In this document: positions 19,054 through 31,456 of the stretch, in pieces | Layout of the letters: each line of letters begins with the position of its first letter | How positions within the stretch are numbered: position 1 is the stretch's first letter | NCBI GenBank assembly: GCA_029248665.1 | Contig: JAQWIW010000003.1 | Span: forward strand, 10,951 to 74,950 | Origin: Opitutia bacterium | Lineage (GTDB): Bacteria > Verrucomicrobiota > Verrucomicrobiia > Opitutales > Coraliomargaritaceae | Length of the DNA stretch: 64,000 bases | Direction: 5' to 3' | Made by a program: the position numbers and the translations under genes | Notes under the pieces: generated by a model | The model's input: only the letters and a program-made list of their open reading frames with translations | What the model was told of the DNA's origin: nothing | Database searches by the model: none

Positions 19054-19593
19054 TTAGGAAACTGCGTCCTTACGTATCTTTTTGATCGGATGCTTTGTTA
19101 ATAAATTTTTCACAGAATTTTCGTTTTTGATCTTCTCCTGTAATTTAATCATAGCATCCAAAAGTGCTTCAGGTCTCGGAGGGCAGCCACTAACATAAAC
19201 ATCAACTGGAACCACTCGATCCACTCCTTGTAAGGTTGCATAAGAACGATACATGCCTCCTGAACTCGCACAAGCACCCATGGCAACTACCCACTTAGGA
19301 TCTCCCATTTGCTCATAAATTCTTCGCACAACCTCAGCCATTTTGTAGGTCACGGTACCCGCAACAATCATACAATCGGCCTGTCTTGGAGAAAAACGCA
19401 TCACCTCCATGCCGAAACGAGATATATCGAAGCGAGAACCACCAGCAGCCATCAATTCAATCGCACAACAAGCAAGCCCCATAGGCATAGGCCAAACAGA
19501 ATTTTTTCGTATCCAATTGATAACAGCATCTGCACGGGTGACGATAACTTCTCCCTCGACTTTACTATCATAGGCAACTGTTTGTTTATTCAT
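19054..19593 (-). CDS. nuoB: NADH-quinone oxidoreductase subunit B
   Basis: 'GLACCAIE', 'GACASSGG' and 'GCPPRPEAL' (N2 cluster ligands). No nuoA ORF lies upstream. Confidence 0.96.
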   Translation of the reverse strand: MNKQTVAYDSKVEGEVIVTRADAVINWIRKNSVWPMPMGLACCAIELMAAGGSRFDISRFGMEVMRFSPRQADCMIVAGTVTYKMAEVVRRIYEQMGDPKWVVAMGACASSGGMYRSYATLQGVDRVVPVDVYVSGCPPRPEALLDAMIKLQEKIKNENSVKNLLTKHPIKKIRKDAVS

Positions 19594-19728
19594 AATGTTC
19601 GCTTAAAGTAATATTAGTACTAATGCTCTAAAACTTACTGAGACATCATTTTCATGCAAGCGATAATTTGAAATTTACATCCCCCCTGCACGATTCTAAG
19701 ATGAAAATCAAAATTATAATATCCTACT

Positions 19729-20040
19729 ATGCCGATTTACCAATATTATGAGATTTTTCCTGACGGAACTGAAGGCGAGCCCTTCGATGTTTCGCAAAAA
19801 ATCAACGACCCGGCCTTGAAGATCCACCCACTGACCGGGAACCCTCTTAAGAAGCACTTTTCTACACCCTCCATCAACACACAGTATTCAGATAGAGCGA
19901 CAAAAAATCAATTGGATCCCTCAAATTTACAGAAACAAGGCTTTACCCAATACCAGAAAGATAAAACAAGCGGGAAATATTACAAAAGTGCTGGTAGCGA
20001 CCCACGAGCACCTGAACAAATTGACCCAAAGGAATTATAA
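19729..20040 (+). CDS. FmdB-type zinc-ribbon family homologue lacking all four Cys ligands; hypothetical small protein
   Basis: 'MPIYQYYEIFPDGTEGEPFDVSQKINDPALKIHPLTGNPLKK' aligns with the FmdB-family pattern MPxYEYxCxxCGxxFEV...D.PL..CPxCGG, but with no cysteine. The stop overlaps the next start (TAATG). Confidence 0.5.
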   Translation: MPIYQYYEIFPDGTEGEPFDVSQKINDPALKIHPLTGNPLKKHFSTPSINTQYSDRATKNQLDPSNLQKQGFTQYQKDKTSGKYYKSAGSDPRAPEQIDPKEL

Positions 20041-20993
20041 TGGCTTTAAGGAATCAATTGCTTCAAACGCTAAAAGAGCGAATTAAAAGCCCGAATTTTT
20101 GGTTCGAATGGATCATCCTCGGCTTATTCTTTCTCTCATTTGCACCAGTGTCCTATTGGTTTGCGGAAAACACTTTTTCTGAAACACGTGTTTTCCATTC
20201 TTTGATTACTTTAAGCATAGCGATTATTTTATTATATCGATTCGAAACCCCCACCTTAGAAAACGCTCTTGAACTCAATCCTCATTGTCAAAAAAGCTTA
20301 AAAATCTCCCTTTTGCTATTGGTCATTTTTGTTCTTAGTAAAATCAGCTTAAACTTTTTTCAATTAGACTCACTCATTCTTAATATGATTTATAGTCTGT
20401 CCATTATTGCTTCAATGGTCATGGCCCTCTCCAGCTTTGTTTTCTTTATTTTTGGCACGCGAATCTCTCGCATTAATTACTCTTCCTCTATCACTTTTAT
20501 TTTATTTCTCTTTTTAAGCCTATTTATGATTCAAGTAGATTGGCCACTTAGAGCCTTAGCGGCACAATGGAGTGTCTTCTTAATTGAATTGCTCGGTCAA
20601 TCGGTTGATTTCTTTATCGCCAATCAAGATCAGAGCCAAAGCTCCCCCAGCCTTATTATCCAATTCAATGGTAGAAATTTCAATGTCGCATCCGAATGCA
20701 ATGGATTTGGGATTATTTTAAACAGTGCATTGATTGGCCTACTGCTGTCTGTTTACAAAAGGCATAGCTTTTTGAATAGTGCCACAAATATCATCGCTGC
20801 CCTATTCATTGGTTTTACCTTCAATGTATTGCGAATCATAAGCATCATCTTAATCGCACCTTTCTTATTTCAATACTACGACTTCATCCATGAATTACTC
20901 GGCACAATTTATTATTGGGGTGCATTTTTCATCACCTGGTATTTGCTTAAGGGACCCTTGGAAAAAGCAATAAACGAAAAGGAATTAGTTTAA
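20040..20993 (+). CDS. exosortase/archaeosortase-family transpeptidase (PEP-CTERM sorting enzyme)
   Basis: 317 aa, about 8 TM. It carries the Cys/Arg/His triad contexts of exosortases: 'NVASECNGFGII', 'FNVLRIISII' and 'FIHELLGTIYYWG'. A PEP-CTERM substrate gene is present at 54641-55183. Confidence 0.65.
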   Translation: MALRNQLLQTLKERIKSPNFWFEWIILGLFFLSFAPVSYWFAENTFSETRVFHSLITLSIAIILLYRFETPTLENALELNPHCQKSLKISLLLLVIFVLSKISLNFFQLDSLILNMIYSLSIIASMVMALSSFVFFIFGTRISRINYSSSITFILFLFLSLFMIQVDWPLRALAAQWSVFLIELLGQSVDFFIANQDQSQSSPSLIIQFNGRNFNVASECNGFGIILNSALIGLLLSVYKRHSFLNSATNIIAALFIGFTFNVLRIISIILIAPFLFQYYDFIHELLGTIYYWGAFFITWYLLKGPLEKAINEKELV

Positions 20994-21026
20994 GTTGATG
21001 CCTTAAACATCTGAAGCATCTGAAAC

Positions 21027-22049
21027 TTATTCCTCCTCTTCCGCTGATGCTTTACGTTCATCCATGACTAGGTCATAGATTGCAGATTTTAAATCCTCCA
21101 AGCCATCCTCAGTCAAACAAGACGTTCCGATTACCTTATGCTTCTTAATCTTTGCTTTCAATTTCTTGAGATTAGCTTCTGCATCGGGCTCATCTAATTT
21201 ATTAGCCGCAAGTAACATCGGTTTTTTCAAAAGCTTCGGCATGTACAATTTTAATTCGTTTAATAAAATTCGGTAGTCACCCAAAGGATCACGGTTATCC
21301 GTACCTTGAAGGTCGACCATGACTACAAGTACTTTACAGCGTTCTATATGTTTTAGAAAACGATGTCCGAGGCCCTTATTCTCGCTCGCTCCTTCAATCA
21401 AACCAGGAATATCGGCCAAAGTAATGCGTTCGTATAATTCCGCATATTCCAAGATACCGACTGTTGGAAATAGAGTCGTAAAGGGATACGATGCCATTTT
21501 AGGGTGAGCGTTAGTCAAAGTATTCAAAAGCGTAGATTTACCTGCATTGGGGAAGCCTACTAATCCAACGTCAGCAATTGTTTTGATCACAAAAAGAAAT
21601 TCTCCAGCACCTCCTGGTTTTCCTAGGGTAAATTCTCTCGGCGCACGATTCGTTGAGGACTTGAATTGCATATTCCCTTTTCCGCCTTCACCACCTTCAA
21701 GCAATAAGGCTTCCTCCTCATGTTCCAATATTTCAGCGACCACTTCTTCGGTCTCTCGATCAATGATCACGGTACCCACCGGAATTTTGATCACTAGATT
21801 ATCGCCTCTAGCACCATGTTGATCACTACCGCGACCTGTTTCACCATTCTTCGCTTTTAAAATTGGTCTAAAATGGTAATCCGTCAAATCCGCGACATTG
21901 GTATCGCCCACTAAAATAACTGAGCCACCACGCCCACCATTGCCACCATCAGGGCCACCTTTGGGTTCATATTTAGCACGACGAAAACTAAAGCAGCCAT
22001 CACCACCGTCTCCTGCTTTTAAACTTACTTTAACTTCATCATAAAACAT
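21027..22049 (-). CDS. obg: GTPase Obg/CgtA
   Basis: Gly-rich Obg fold '[13 protein letters not shown]'. G domain with 'GFPNAGKST' and 'DIPGLIEGA'. Confidence 0.96.
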   Translation of the reverse strand: MFYDEVKVSLKAGDGGDGCFSFRRAKYEPKGGPDGGNGGRGGSVILVGDTNVADLTDYHFRPILKAKNGETGRGSDQHGARGDNLVIKIPVGTVIIDRETEEVVAEILEHEEEALLLEGGEGGKGNMQFKSSTNRAPREFTLGKPGGAGEFLFVIKTIADVGLVGFPNAGKSTLLNTLTNAHPKMASYPFTTLFPTVGILEYAELYERITLADIPGLIEGASENKGLGHRFLKHIERCKVLVVMVDLQGTDNRDPLGDYRILLNELKLYMPKLLKKPMLLAANKLDEPDAEANLKKLKAKIKKHKVIGTSCLTEDGLEDLKSAIYDLVMDERKASAEEEE

Positions 22050-22147
22050 AAGGAGAATCTTTCTCTGAAAAAAATTAAAATCAACATCAAACCCTAATTG
22101 CTTTTAACTCATTTTTTACATTTACTCTAAACATTCATCAAAAAATT

Positions 22148-23056
22148 ATGATTCAATCACAATCAGCAGCGGTAATCGATCTGGGTACTAACTCCATCAA
22201 ATTCATCATTGCTGAAAAAATGCCCGAAAACTCCCTCCGAACAATTCATGAAGAAACTGTTGAAGTTCGCATTGGTACAGGTATCAGTCACAGTCATCCA
22301 AGCCTAGAAGATTCGGCAATGGAAAAAGTCTGTGAAGCCATAGTTTCCCTTCTTCAAATCAAGGATCACTATAAGCTGGACCTTGTACGAATTGTCGCCA
22401 CCAGTGCCGTTCGTGAAGCCAGTAACTCAAATCGTTTAATTGACCTCATCAAAACAAAAACAGGCATACAACTTGAAATCTTAAACGGCGAAAAGGAAGC
22501 CTTCTACATCGGTCAAGCCATTCAACTCAATGCAGATTACAAAAAAATTGGAACCCTTAATTCAATCGACTTGGGTGGTGGTAGTTTAGAATGGATTTAT
22601 CTCAAAAATAATCGTTTAGAAAAGGCTCTTTCACTGCCCTTAGGTGCAGTTCGTATCACCGAGCAATTCATAAAAGATCCAAGCAAAACTATTTCCCAAG
22701 ATACAATAAGTTTAATTGAAGAACATGTGAAAGACATAATAACCAAAAATAAAATGGTTGTTTCCTCACTATGCCCCCTCCTTGGAAGTGGAGGCACTTT
22801 CTACATTTTAAATCAACTTCTGGATCAAGCTTCGTCCTTTACTAAAGAAGACATACAAAGACTCGGCTTAGCATCTTCTCGTCTATCTCTCCAAGAACGA
22901 ATTAATCATTTAAAGATCCCTGAAAAACGTGCAGATATTATACCAGCTGCCTTCATTACCGTCGCTTGCATTATGGAACATTTTTCTATCACCCATATTG
23001 AGCACTCAAAATCTAGTTTAAAATTTGGCATACTCAAAGAGATGCTTAAAATTTAA
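22148..23056 (+). CDS. Ppx/GppA-family phosphatase (short, N-terminal actin-like domains only)
   Basis: 'AAVIDLGTNSIKFIIAE' and 'DLGGGSLEW'. Confidence 0.85.
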   Translation: MIQSQSAAVIDLGTNSIKFIIAEKMPENSLRTIHEETVEVRIGTGISHSHPSLEDSAMEKVCEAIVSLLQIKDHYKLDLVRIVATSAVREASNSNRLIDLIKTKTGIQLEILNGEKEAFYIGQAIQLNADYKKIGTLNSIDLGGGSLEWIYLKNNRLEKALSLPLGAVRITEQFIKDPSKTISQDTISLIEEHVKDIITKNKMVVSSLCPLLGSGGTFYILNQLLDQASSFTKEDIQRLGLASSRLSLQERINHLKIPEKRADIIPAAFITVACIMEHFSITHIEHSKSSLKFGILKEMLKI

Positions 23057-23080
23057 ACTAAAGCCTACCCGCCTCATTTT

Positions 23081-24025
23081 TTAGCTCATATACTTCGTTT
23101 TTAGAACATCCATAAGATTGAGAAAATCTTTGGGCAAAGATTCAGTAAAGGTTAAGCTTTCACCTGTTCTAGGATGCACCAATTCCAAATGAGTCGCATG
23201 CAGAAAAATTCGCTCAATATCGATTCCCTTTAGGCTATTATTCCGAAAACCATAAAGCTTATCCCCCAACAAAGGAAATCCTAAGTTTTGCATATGCACA
23301 CGAATCTGGTGCGTCCTTCCTGTATGAATCGTGCACTCCACTAAAGAGGCTTTATCTAAATATTTTTCCTTTATTTTCCAATCGGTATGGGCCTCACGTC
23401 CTTTTGATTGTACGGACATCTTTGTACGATAGGTAGGATGACGCCCAATTCGCTCTAAACAAGTTCCTGAATCTACCCTTGGTACTCCTGAAACTAAAGC
23501 TAAGTAGCGCTTTTTAACATTTCGCTCACTGAAATCTTTGGCCAAAGCATGGTGGGCCAAATCTGTTTTCGCCGCGACAATCAAGCCACTAGTCTCTTTG
23601 TCTAAACGATGCACAATGCCGGGTCGCTCCGGTAAGCCAACCGAACTCAACTCCCCTTTACAATGATGCAACAATGCATGAACCAATGTATCGTCTCCTG
23701 TTCCATTGCCGGGATGAGTCACCATTCCTGAAGATTTATTAATGACAATAATCGACTCATCCTCATAAACCACTTTAAGCGGAATATCATTTCCTTTTGG
23801 AGCTTCCTCAACGGAGACTTCTTCCAAACTTGCTCGCAAGCAACCGCTATGACGAATCTTAAAACGCTTATCAATTACCGTACCATCAAAAGTCACACAA
23901 CCTGAATCAAAAGCCTTTTGTAAGCGAACACGACTGACATCTTTTATCACCGAAGCAAATAATTTATCTGCCCGCATATTCCCAACATCTTCAGGGACAA
24001 TATACTCTATAATTCGCTCACCCAT
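23081..24025 (-). CDS. rluD: 23S rRNA pseudouridine synthase, RluA/RluD family
   Basis: '[15 protein letters not shown]' and '[11 protein letters not shown]'; N-terminal S4-like domain. Confidence 0.9.
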   Translation of the reverse strand: MGERIIEYIVPEDVGNMRADKLFASVIKDVSRVRLQKAFDSGCVTFDGTVIDKRFKIRHSGCLRASLEEVSVEEAPKGNDIPLKVVYEDESIIVINKSSGMVTHPGNGTGDDTLVHALLHHCKGELSSVGLPERPGIVHRLDKETSGLIVAAKTDLAHHALAKDFSERNVKKRYLALVSGVPRVDSGTCLERIGRHPTYRTKMSVQSKGREAHTDWKIKEKYLDKASLVECTIHTGRTHQIRVHMQNLGFPLLGDKLYGFRNNSLKGIDIERIFLHATHLELVHPRTGESLTFTESLPKDFLNLMDVLKTKYMS

Positions 24026-24968
24026 CAGACAATAAGCCCTTAACTAACTGACAATCTTCGCTAATTTGTTTCTTCAAAGCATCGACTGAATCAAACTGCT
24101 TTTCGTCACGAATAAATGTAACCCATTCCACTCGAATTTTATCATCTACATTACATTGGCAATCTTCCAAAGAATGAACTTCTAGTAAAGGTTCCGTTGA
24201 ATCGCCACCTGTGACAGTTGGACGTACTCCAAAATTGGCGATCCCATTTTTCCAATGCTCCGAGCCTTCGATTAAAAATCGTACGGCATATACCCCATAA
24301 CGTGGCTTGCATTCTGGAGACCATAATAAATTCATCGTAGGGAATCCAATCTTTGTTCCAAGTTGTGCCCCCTTGATGACCATTCCCTCCGAAATATATC
24401 GATAGCCAAGTAATCCATTAACAAGGTCCACTTGCCCGGCCCTCATTGCCTCTCTAATGCGAGTGCTACTAATTGGCAGTCCATTTTGTTTGATGCGATC
24501 AATACTCCAAACATCAATGCCCAAGGCTGCGCCTGATTTAATTAACGTTTGAATAGTGCCCACACGCCCTTGTCCAAAACGAAAATTTTGCCCGACGTAA
24601 ATTGCCTTAAGCGTTGGCAATTCATCGAGCAAATAAGACAAAAATGCATCGGCCGAAATTGAGGCAAAATCTTTGTCAAAAGTCTTAGCAATAACAATGT
24701 CCACGCCTAATCCATGCAGGCGAGTTGTTTTTGTTTCCAAGGACATAATTAAGTCAGTCCCCTCGGCACCTTTAAATAATCGACTCGGATGGGGGTTGAA
24801 AGTCAGAACTGCACTTATACCTGAATTATCCTTAGCCGAAGATACTGCAGGCTCAATCACCGATAAGTGGCCTAAATGAACCCCATCAAAAACACCGATC
24901 GCCAAATGCAATGGCTTATCACAATTTTTCAAGGCATTAAAATCAGATACTTGCAGTGGCAAATTCAT
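24018..24968 (-). CDS. ribF: bifunctional riboflavin kinase / FMN adenylyltransferase
   Basis: '[13 protein letters not shown]', 'LTFNPHP' and 'GFPTMNL'. Start placed at MNLPLQ (24968), which gives the usual N-terminal length. The longest ORF would start at 25007. Confidence 0.9.
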   Translation of the reverse strand: MNLPLQVSDFNALKNCDKPLHLAIGVFDGVHLGHLSVIEPAVSSAKDNSGISAVLTFNPHPSRLFKGAEGTDLIMSLETKTTRLHGLGVDIVIAKTFDKDFASISADAFLSYLLDELPTLKAIYVGQNFRFGQGRVGTIQTLIKSGAALGIDVWSIDRIKQNGLPISSTRIREAMRAGQVDLVNGLLGYRYISEGMVIKGAQLGTKIGFPTMNLLWSPECKPRYGVYAVRFLIEGSEHWKNGIANFGVRPTVTGGDSTEPLLEVHSLEDCQCNVDDKIRVEWVTFIRDEKQFDSVDALKKQISEDCQLVKGLLSDG

Positions 24969-25010
24969 AGAAAAAAAGTACCCATGAGTTACCTTGAGAC
25001 AACCCATAAA

Positions 25011-25727
25011 TTAAAACGCATGACTTGGAATATATTCCTTAATCGGTAAGAGCTTCGATTTTAATTTTGATTTTGTGTACTTTTCTAAGTTTTCCAAAGT
25101 TTCGGAATTTTCGATAAGAAAAGAGCCTACCTTTGTACGCCTCAAAACACATAAATGCCCACCACATCCTAGTTTTTCTCCGAGATCATGAGCGACCGTT
25201 CGGATGTAAGCACCTTTACTGGAATCAACAATAAATTCCATTTTAGGACTCTCTAAGTTCAGCAAATCAAAACGTCCTATGCGAATCACTCGTGGCTCTC
25301 GCTCTACCGTCTTTCCTGCTCTGGCTAATTGGTATAATTTCTTACCTCCAACTTTCTTTGCCGAAAACATCGGAGGAATTTGATATTGATCACCAATGAA
25401 TTCAGCCATTTTGGTTTTCAATAAAGCTTCACTCAATTCAGGGACTGGAGATTCCTTGACGATTTCCCCATCGGCGTCTTGAGAGTCGGTTTCCTTCCCA
25501 AAATAGACCGTACCAGTATATTGCTTATCCAAGCTCATTAAATACTGCGAAACCTTAGTCGCCTTTCCAATTAATATAACCAACAAACCTGTAGCCATAG
25601 GGTCCAAAGTACCCGCATGACCTACTTTTTTAATTTGGAAAATTTTGCGGCACTTAGCCACTACATCGTGCGAGGTGAAACCTTTAGGTTTATCCACCAA
25701 TAAAATACCTTCGAAGTCTTCTGTCAT
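25011..25727 (-). CDS. truB: tRNA pseudouridine(55) synthase
   Basis: '[17 protein letters not shown]' and '[16 protein letters not shown]'. Start trimmed to MTEDFEG (25727), which removes the overlap with nrnA. Confidence 0.92.
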   Translation of the reverse strand: MTEDFEGILLVDKPKGFTSHDVVAKCRKIFQIKKVGHAGTLDPMATGLLVILIGKATKVSQYLMSLDKQYTGTVYFGKETDSQDADGEIVKESPVPELSEALLKTKMAEFIGDQYQIPPMFSAKKVGGKKLYQLARAGKTVEREPRVIRIGRFDLLNLESPKMEFIVDSSKGAYIRTVAHDLGEKLGCGGHLCVLRRTKVGSFLIENSETLENLEKYTKSKLKSKLLPIKEYIPSHAF

Positions 25728-25743
25728 AAAAAATAGAGTACCG

Positions 25744-26748
25744 TTATTCTTTTTCCAACAAAGCAAATTGTTCTTTAATTTTTGCCAACACTTGAGGTTT
25801 GAAAGCCTCAATAGCCATTTCCGAAACATTCAGTCCCGCAGCACAGGCATGACCACCGCCGCCAAATGCTTGAGCAATTTGATCGACTCGAAATTTTGGA
25901 TCTTTGGCTCTCAAACTTCCTTTCAAAGTGCCTTTCCTTTCTTCAAGTAATACACCGATTTCGATGCCTTCAATCGAACGCGCATAATCAACTAAACCAT
26001 CCGCATCATCTATACTCGCACCGGACTCTTGATACATTGAATCCGTTAAAAAACCGAAGCACACACGCCCATCACATTCAATTTTTAATGAAGCTAAAAA
26101 TAATTGAATTAACTTAATACGAGCAAAACTCTCGTTTTCGTATAATTCATTAGCGGCTTCAGAAGGCTTTGCGCCAAAATCACATAAGGCTTTAACCATT
26201 TCAAATGTATCCTTTGTTGTTGAAGGAAATCGAAATTGCCCTGTATCAGTGGCAATACCCACGTACAAAGCCTGTGCTGTTGTTGCATCAATTTCCCAAC
26301 CCAAATCCAAAACAAAACCCATAATAACTTCTGCCGTGGCCGAAGCACTCCCGATAATTATATCATTTTTCGAGTACTGCTTATTTGAAATATGGTGGTC
26401 TATATTCAAAAATACCTCAGTAAACATTTCATTTAAACTTGGGCCTACCCGTTTGTAATCAGCGGAATCCACTGTAATGCAAATATGCTCTTCGTTCGTA
26501 AATTCTGAAGCTAAATAAAAAGGTGTGTCACCTATAAGAAATTTAAGATTTGCGGGAACTTCATCATTATTCACCCCAACTGCATCAATGCCCTGACTTC
26601 TTAAAATGCGCACCATTGCAACTGTTGAACCAATGCAGTCTCCATCTGGACGTACATGACCAATGACTACAACTTTTTCATTTTTCGTTTTTAATGATTC
26701 AACACATGCTTTAAAAGCGGCACTTTCTTTCTCATAAAAATTACTCAT
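25744..26748 (-). CDS. nrnA: DHH-family phosphoesterase, NrnA-type oligoribonuclease/pAp phosphatase
   Basis: '[12 protein letters not shown]', 'NIDHHISN' and 'GGGHACAAG'. Confidence 0.88.
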   Translation of the reverse strand: MSNFYEKESAAFKACVESLKTKNEKVVVIGHVRPDGDCIGSTVAMVRILRSQGIDAVGVNNDEVPANLKFLIGDTPFYLASEFTNEEHICITVDSADYKRVGPSLNEMFTEVFLNIDHHISNKQYSKNDIIIGSASATAEVIMGFVLDLGWEIDATTAQALYVGIATDTGQFRFPSTTKDTFEMVKALCDFGAKPSEAANELYENESFARIKLIQLFLASLKIECDGRVCFGFLTDSMYQESGASIDDADGLVDYARSIEGIEIGVLLEERKGTLKGSLRAKDPKFRVDQIAQAFGGGGHACAAGLNVSEMAIEAFKPQVLAKIKEQFALLEKE

Positions 26749-27095
26749 TTTGTTTTTTCCTCCTCTGATAAATCATCTAATAAATCAATTAAGGATGCAC
26801 CTCGTTTAAGCGATGGATCATATATAAATTCAAATTTTGGGAAATATTTTAATATAATAAATTTGCTGACGCGTCTTTGTAGATCCTTACCCACTCTTTG
26901 GAAAAGTTTCTTCGCTTCCTCTACCGTAGCATCATCACCTAAGACACTGTAATAAACGTGTGCTTTCCTCAAGTCAGGTGAAGTATCTACCGAGCTAATA
27001 GTAATTTTTACAGCCAACCTTTGATAATTTTGGAGTAATTGGTGGCTGATCTCTCTTTGTAAGAGCTGATTAACTCTAGCGATTCTCTGTGACAT
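26745..27095 (-). CDS. rbfA: ribosome-binding factor A
   Basis: '[14 protein letters not shown]' and the position between infB and truB. Confidence 0.9.
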   Translation of the reverse strand: MSQRIARVNQLLQREISHQLLQNYQRLAVKITISSVDTSPDLRKAHVYYSVLGDDATVEEAKKLFQRVGKDLQRRVSKFIILKYFPKFEFIYDPSLKRGASLIDLLDDLSEEEKTK

Positions 27096-27140
27096 AATAA
27101 AAGGCGAAGTGAAAGCGCAATCCAGTCGTTCAATATAAAC

Positions 27141-29411
27141 TTATCGAAGTGACGGCTTTTTGTTTTCAATTTGGTAGCATTCTAAAATATCACCTTCTTC
27201 GTAATCATTGTATCCTTTGATATTAATACCGCATTCATATCCAGCACGAACTTCCTTAACATCATCTTTGAATCTACGAAGTGTTTCGATAGCACCTTCA
27301 AATACCAATTTACCTTTACGAATAAGACGAGCCTTACCTGAACGATAAATTGTCCCTTCGGTGACCATGCTACCAGCAACATTACGACCTTTAGAAATTC
27401 CAAATACTTGACGAACTTCTGCTGCACCTGATTTCTTTTCTACGACCTCAGCTTCAAGCAATCCAACCATAGATTCTTCAATTTGATCTAATAATTCGTA
27501 AATAATTGCATTTTGAATTAAAGTCACATCCTCATGCTTGGCTAAGCTTTGCACACCATTGTCTAACTTAACATTGAAGCCAACAATAGTTGCATCACCG
27601 GTACTCGCTAAAGTTATGTCACTCTTAGTGATATTGCCTACACCTTGCCCGATGACTTCTAAATCCACTTTTTCACTTTTGATTTCCTTTAATCCCGCTA
27701 CCAAAGCTTCTAGGGAACCATGAACATCCGATTTTACAATTAAACGTAAATTTTTCTTCTTTTGATTTTCGATCGCAGCAAATAAATCTTCTACTGAGGA
27801 ACCAGCACTGCCTGCCTTGTCTTCTAAAACTTGTTTTGAATCTGACATTTTGCGATCAGATTTTGATTCGTCCGCTGAACGCTTAGCTGTTTTTTCGTTT
27901 TTCTCTTTGTTGAAACGGTCCCCAGAGCGAGGCACTTCAGACCAGCCTAAAATTTTAACTGCAGTAGAAGGTCCAGCCGAATTCAGCACATTGCCTTGTG
28001 CATCAACCATAGATTTCACTCGGCAATAACTTTCGCCTGAAACCAAAGCATCGCCACGTTTTAAAGTTCCTTTTTCGACAATCACTGAGGCAACTGGTCC
28101 TCTGCCTTGTTCGATTTGTGCTTCGATTACAGTACCACTTACATTGGCTTTAGGATTTGCCTTCAATTCTAAAATCTCAGCTTGAAGGAGAATCATTTCC
28201 AAAAGCTCCTCAATATTTGTTCCATTCAAAGCAGAAACTCCGACCGTTACAGTTTCGCCACCCCAATCTTCTGGAGCAATCCCTTTTTCCTGCATCTCCT
28301 GTTTTACCTTATCGATATTTGCACCCTTGGCATCAATTTTATTAATCGCAACAATTATAGAATTATTAGCCGCTTTTGCTAGTTTTAAAGCCTCATCAGT
28401 CTGTGGCTTAAAGCCGTCATCTGCTGCGATCACCAAAATTGCAATGTCCGTTACATTTGTTCCCCTAGAACGCATTTTTGAAAATGCGGCATGCCCAGGA
28501 GTATCAATAAAAGTAATGTCATTATCGTTAAACTTAACTTGATAAGCACCGATATGCTGAGTGATTCCTCCCGCCTCAGTCTCTACACTGTTTGTTTTTC
28601 TAAGCGTATCCAATAAAGTTGTTTTTCCATGATCTACATGTCCCAAGATACAGCAAACAGGAGCTCTTGGCTCTAATAGCTTAGGATCATTTTCGTCTTC
28701 CTTAGGCTTTTCTACTTTTTTCGGTTGCTCAACCGCAGCTTCTCCACGGTGGTGAACTTCTAACTGAAATCCATGCCGCTTGGCTAATTCAGTAGCCACT
28801 GATTCTTCAATTGTTTGATTCATTGAAGCAAAAATACCCAATTCCATTAATTCGGAAATTAATTTAAATGGCTTAAGTTCCAACTGAAGCGCAAAATCTC
28901 TAACTACTATCGGAGGTTTGGCGTGAATAATCTTTTCTACATTTTCAGCTGTACCATCATCCGTATCGCTTCCATCAGAGTTGCTTGTATCCTCTGACTT
29001 AATTTTTGGAATTGGTACTGGGCTAGGTGCACTTGGTCGCTTAATCGGTGATGGAACCTTTGGGGGAGAAACACGAGAGACTGAGTCACTCGATTTGCTA
29101 TTTTGCTTCATTTCTCGCTCTTTATTAATTTCTTTGGTCGATTTAATTATAGCGCCCTGTGGCATGACTGCTTTTGCTGCTGCCTCCTCTACTTTCTCAT
29201 CTTCCTCTACAGATTCTTTTTCTGCTTCGGTTGCTTTCGGCTCTTCTACAACATTTTTCTTAGCAAATTCTTCCACTAGGGATTCCGCTGAAATATTATC
29301 GATCGTACTGGATGAACTTTTAACTTCAAAGCCACGACTGCGTAACAACTCAATCAATTCTTTATTTTCAATTCCAATTTGCTTCGATAGCTGATGAATA
29401 CGTACGCTCAT
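27141..29411 (-). CDS. infB: translation initiation factor IF-2
   Basis: '[14 protein letters not shown]', 'DTPGHAAF', 'NKID' and the C-terminal IF-2 domains. Confidence 0.97.
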   Translation of the reverse strand: MSVRIHQLSKQIGIENKELIELLRSRGFEVKSSSSTIDNISAESLVEEFAKKNVVEEPKATEAEKESVEEDEKVEEAAAKAVMPQGAIIKSTKEINKEREMKQNSKSSDSVSRVSPPKVPSPIKRPSAPSPVPIPKIKSEDTSNSDGSDTDDGTAENVEKIIHAKPPIVVRDFALQLELKPFKLISELMELGIFASMNQTIEESVATELAKRHGFQLEVHHRGEAAVEQPKKVEKPKEDENDPKLLEPRAPVCCILGHVDHGKTTLLDTLRKTNSVETEAGGITQHIGAYQVKFNDNDITFIDTPGHAAFSKMRSRGTNVTDIAILVIAADDGFKPQTDEALKLAKAANNSIIVAINKIDAKGANIDKVKQEMQEKGIAPEDWGGETVTVGVSALNGTNIEELLEMILLQAEILELKANPKANVSGTVIEAQIEQGRGPVASVIVEKGTLKRGDALVSGESYCRVKSMVDAQGNVLNSAGPSTAVKILGWSEVPRSGDRFNKEKNEKTAKRSADESKSDRKMSDSKQVLEDKAGSAGSSVEDLFAAIENQKKKNLRLIVKSDVHGSLEALVAGLKEIKSEKVDLEVIGQGVGNITKSDITLASTGDATIVGFNVKLDNGVQSLAKHEDVTLIQNAIIYELLDQIEESMVGLLEAEVVEKKSGAAEVRQVFGISKGRNVAGSMVTEGTIYRSGKARLIRKGKLVFEGAIETLRRFKDDVKEVRAGYECGINIKGYNDYEEGDILECYQIENKKPSLR

Positions 29412-29469
29412 AAATAAAATTTCAGATCTCTATATAATAATATATTAGTAACAGATATAGGTAAAAGGT

Positions 29470-30720
29470 TTAGGCGTTATTTTCTAAGTACTTTTGAACT
29501 TTTCCAAGAACGTCACTAGCTTCCTCTTCAGAAAAACCAGCGTCTAATAAATCAGCACTTGATACACCTTCAAAAGCATCTGCGCTGACTAAACCAATTG
29601 CAACTAAACGTTCTGCAATTTCGGGCTCAATTCCAGGAATTAAATTTATCCCTTCAACTGCTTTAGCAACTTTTTGACTGAATCCGACTGACTCGATTTC
29701 TTTTTTCCCAATATCCAGTTTCCATCCAAGCAAACGAGAAGTCAATTTTGCGTTCAATCCTTTACGACCAATCGCAATTGATAAATCATCCTCAATCACA
29801 TTAAAATGTATTCTATGCTCTTCCTCGTTTAATTCAATATCCTTTGGAACTGCTGGCTTTAAAGCCTCCTCAAGTAAACGGATTGGGTCACTTTCGTAAC
29901 GAATGATATCAATCTTTTCTCCGCCCAATTCTCTGACAATAGTTTTTACGCGAGCACCTCTAGAGCCTACACATGCACCCACTGGGTCTACTTTAGGGTC
30001 AGTACTTGTAACAGCAATCTTTGTTCGATATCCCGCTTCACGGGCCATCGCTTCAATTTTAACTGTACCATCAGCAATTTCAGTCACCTCTACATCAAAT
30101 AAACGTCTGACGAAATTGATATTTGAGCGGGATAAAATAATCTCTGGGCCACGATTACTTTGTTCAATCCTCAGTAATAAACAACGAATACTTTCACCTG
30201 GAGCATAATCTTCTCCCATGATGCGTTCCCGTGCCGGCAAAATCGCTTCTGCTTTTCCTAAATCAATAAGTAAATCACCACGTTCTCTTCGGCGTACTGT
30301 TCCGGTAACAATATCGCCCACAGTATCTTTAAAATCATCAAAAATTCGATCTTTTTCAAACTGGCGGATCCTCTGTAAAATTGCTTGTCTTGCCGCCTGT
30401 GCAGCAATACGTCCGAGGAAAGCAGGATCGACTTCTGTTTCTATAATCGCTCCCACAGTCGCTTCGCTATCAATCTGCCTTGCCTTATCAATGTGCATTT
30501 CACGCTGAGTATCACCCACAGAATCTACCACTTCAAGCTGGTTCCAAGCCTTTAGAGCTCCTGATTTAGGATTAATTTCTACCCGAATATCATTAGTTGT
30601 ATTGATACTTTTCTGTGCTGCAGAAGCAATCGCAGAAGCAATTGCTTCGATCATAGCATCCCGAGCAATACCCTTTTCTTTCTCCATGTATTCAAGGACT
30701 GATAAGATTTCGTGACTCAT
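29470..30720 (-). CDS. nusA: transcription termination/antitermination factor NusA
   Basis: N-terminal domain, S1 domain ('[10 protein letters not shown]') and two KH domains ('[14 protein letters not shown]', '[11 protein letters not shown]'). Confidence 0.96.
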   Translation of the reverse strand: MSHEILSVLEYMEKEKGIARDAMIEAIASAIASAAQKSINTTNDIRVEINPKSGALKAWNQLEVVDSVGDTQREMHIDKARQIDSEATVGAIIETEVDPAFLGRIAAQAARQAILQRIRQFEKDRIFDDFKDTVGDIVTGTVRRRERGDLLIDLGKAEAILPARERIMGEDYAPGESIRCLLLRIEQSNRGPEIILSRSNINFVRRLFDVEVTEIADGTVKIEAMAREAGYRTKIAVTSTDPKVDPVGACVGSRGARVKTIVRELGGEKIDIIRYESDPIRLLEEALKPAVPKDIELNEEEHRIHFNVIEDDLSIAIGRKGLNAKLTSRLLGWKLDIGKKEIESVGFSQKVAKAVEGINLIPGIEPEIAERLVAIGLVSADAFEGVSSADLLDAGFSEEEASDVLGKVQKYLENNA

Positions 30721-30740
30721 ATTAATATTTAACTGTGAAA

Positions 30741-30766
30741 ATAAAAAAAGCGAGGCAAGCCCGCTT
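30741..30766 (-). terminator. candidate rho-independent terminator between plsY and nusA
   Basis: Minus-strand reading: AGCGGGC-ttg-CCTCGCT is a 6-bp stem including one G-U pair, followed by TTTTTTTATTTT. Confidence 0.45.
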
Positions 30767-30836
30767 CAATAAAAATTTAGAAGATTAGGGTACAACTAAA
30801 ACCCTCTAGAAATAATTGTCAAGATTTCACTAGGAG

Positions 30837-31439
30837 TCACTTTTTTGAAAAATGATGTTCATTTCCCGACACAAGCCTTTGAATATTAGAATAATGCCGA
30901 AAAATAATCAAAACAGCCAAGACCAAACAAAATATCCAACGAACATCGGATAAGCCATGAAGAAAATAAAAGCTGATTGGCAAACTAACGGCGAACATAA
31001 TTGACCCTAAAGCGACCACGCGTGTTACAAAAAAGACTGCAAGCCAAGCGATAAGTCCTGTCACTAAAACCCAAGGCATCAGTGCTAATAAACCACCCAT
31101 AGTGGTTGCCACGCCTTTCCCTCCTCTAAATCTAAGGAAAACTGAGAAACTATGTCCTAATATAGCACCCATAAGACCGAGAATTCCTAATAAATCGGAA
31201 TTAATTCCATCTAAGCCGAAAACATATTGAGATAAAAAGACTGCAAAAAAACCTTTAGAAAAATCGAGTATAAAAATCGTATTTCCCCACAATGCACCCA
31301 TTGTTCGTTTCACGTTAGTAGCTCCTGGATTGCCACTGCCCACGGAAAAAAGATCAAGCCCTTTAGACTTTGCCAAAAGCACGGCAAAATTAATGGATCC
31401 TATAAAGTATCCCACTAATAATGCCCAAAAATAAGTCAT
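30837..31439 (-). CDS. plsY: glycerol-3-phosphate acyltransferase PlsY
   Basis: 'GSGNPGATNV' and 'RGGKGVAT'; 5-6 TM. Confidence 0.93.
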   Translation of the reverse strand: MTYFWALLVGYFIGSINFAVLLAKSKGLDLFSVGSGNPGATNVKRTMGALWGNTIFILDFSKGFFAVFLSQYVFGLDGINSDLLGILGLMGAILGHSFSVFLRFRGGKGVATTMGGLLALMPWVLVTGLIAWLAVFFVTRVVALGSIMFAVSLPISFYFLHGLSDVRWIFCLVLAVLIIFRHYSNIQRLVSGNEHHFSKK

Positions 31440-31456
31440 CGAAAAATTTTAATAGA

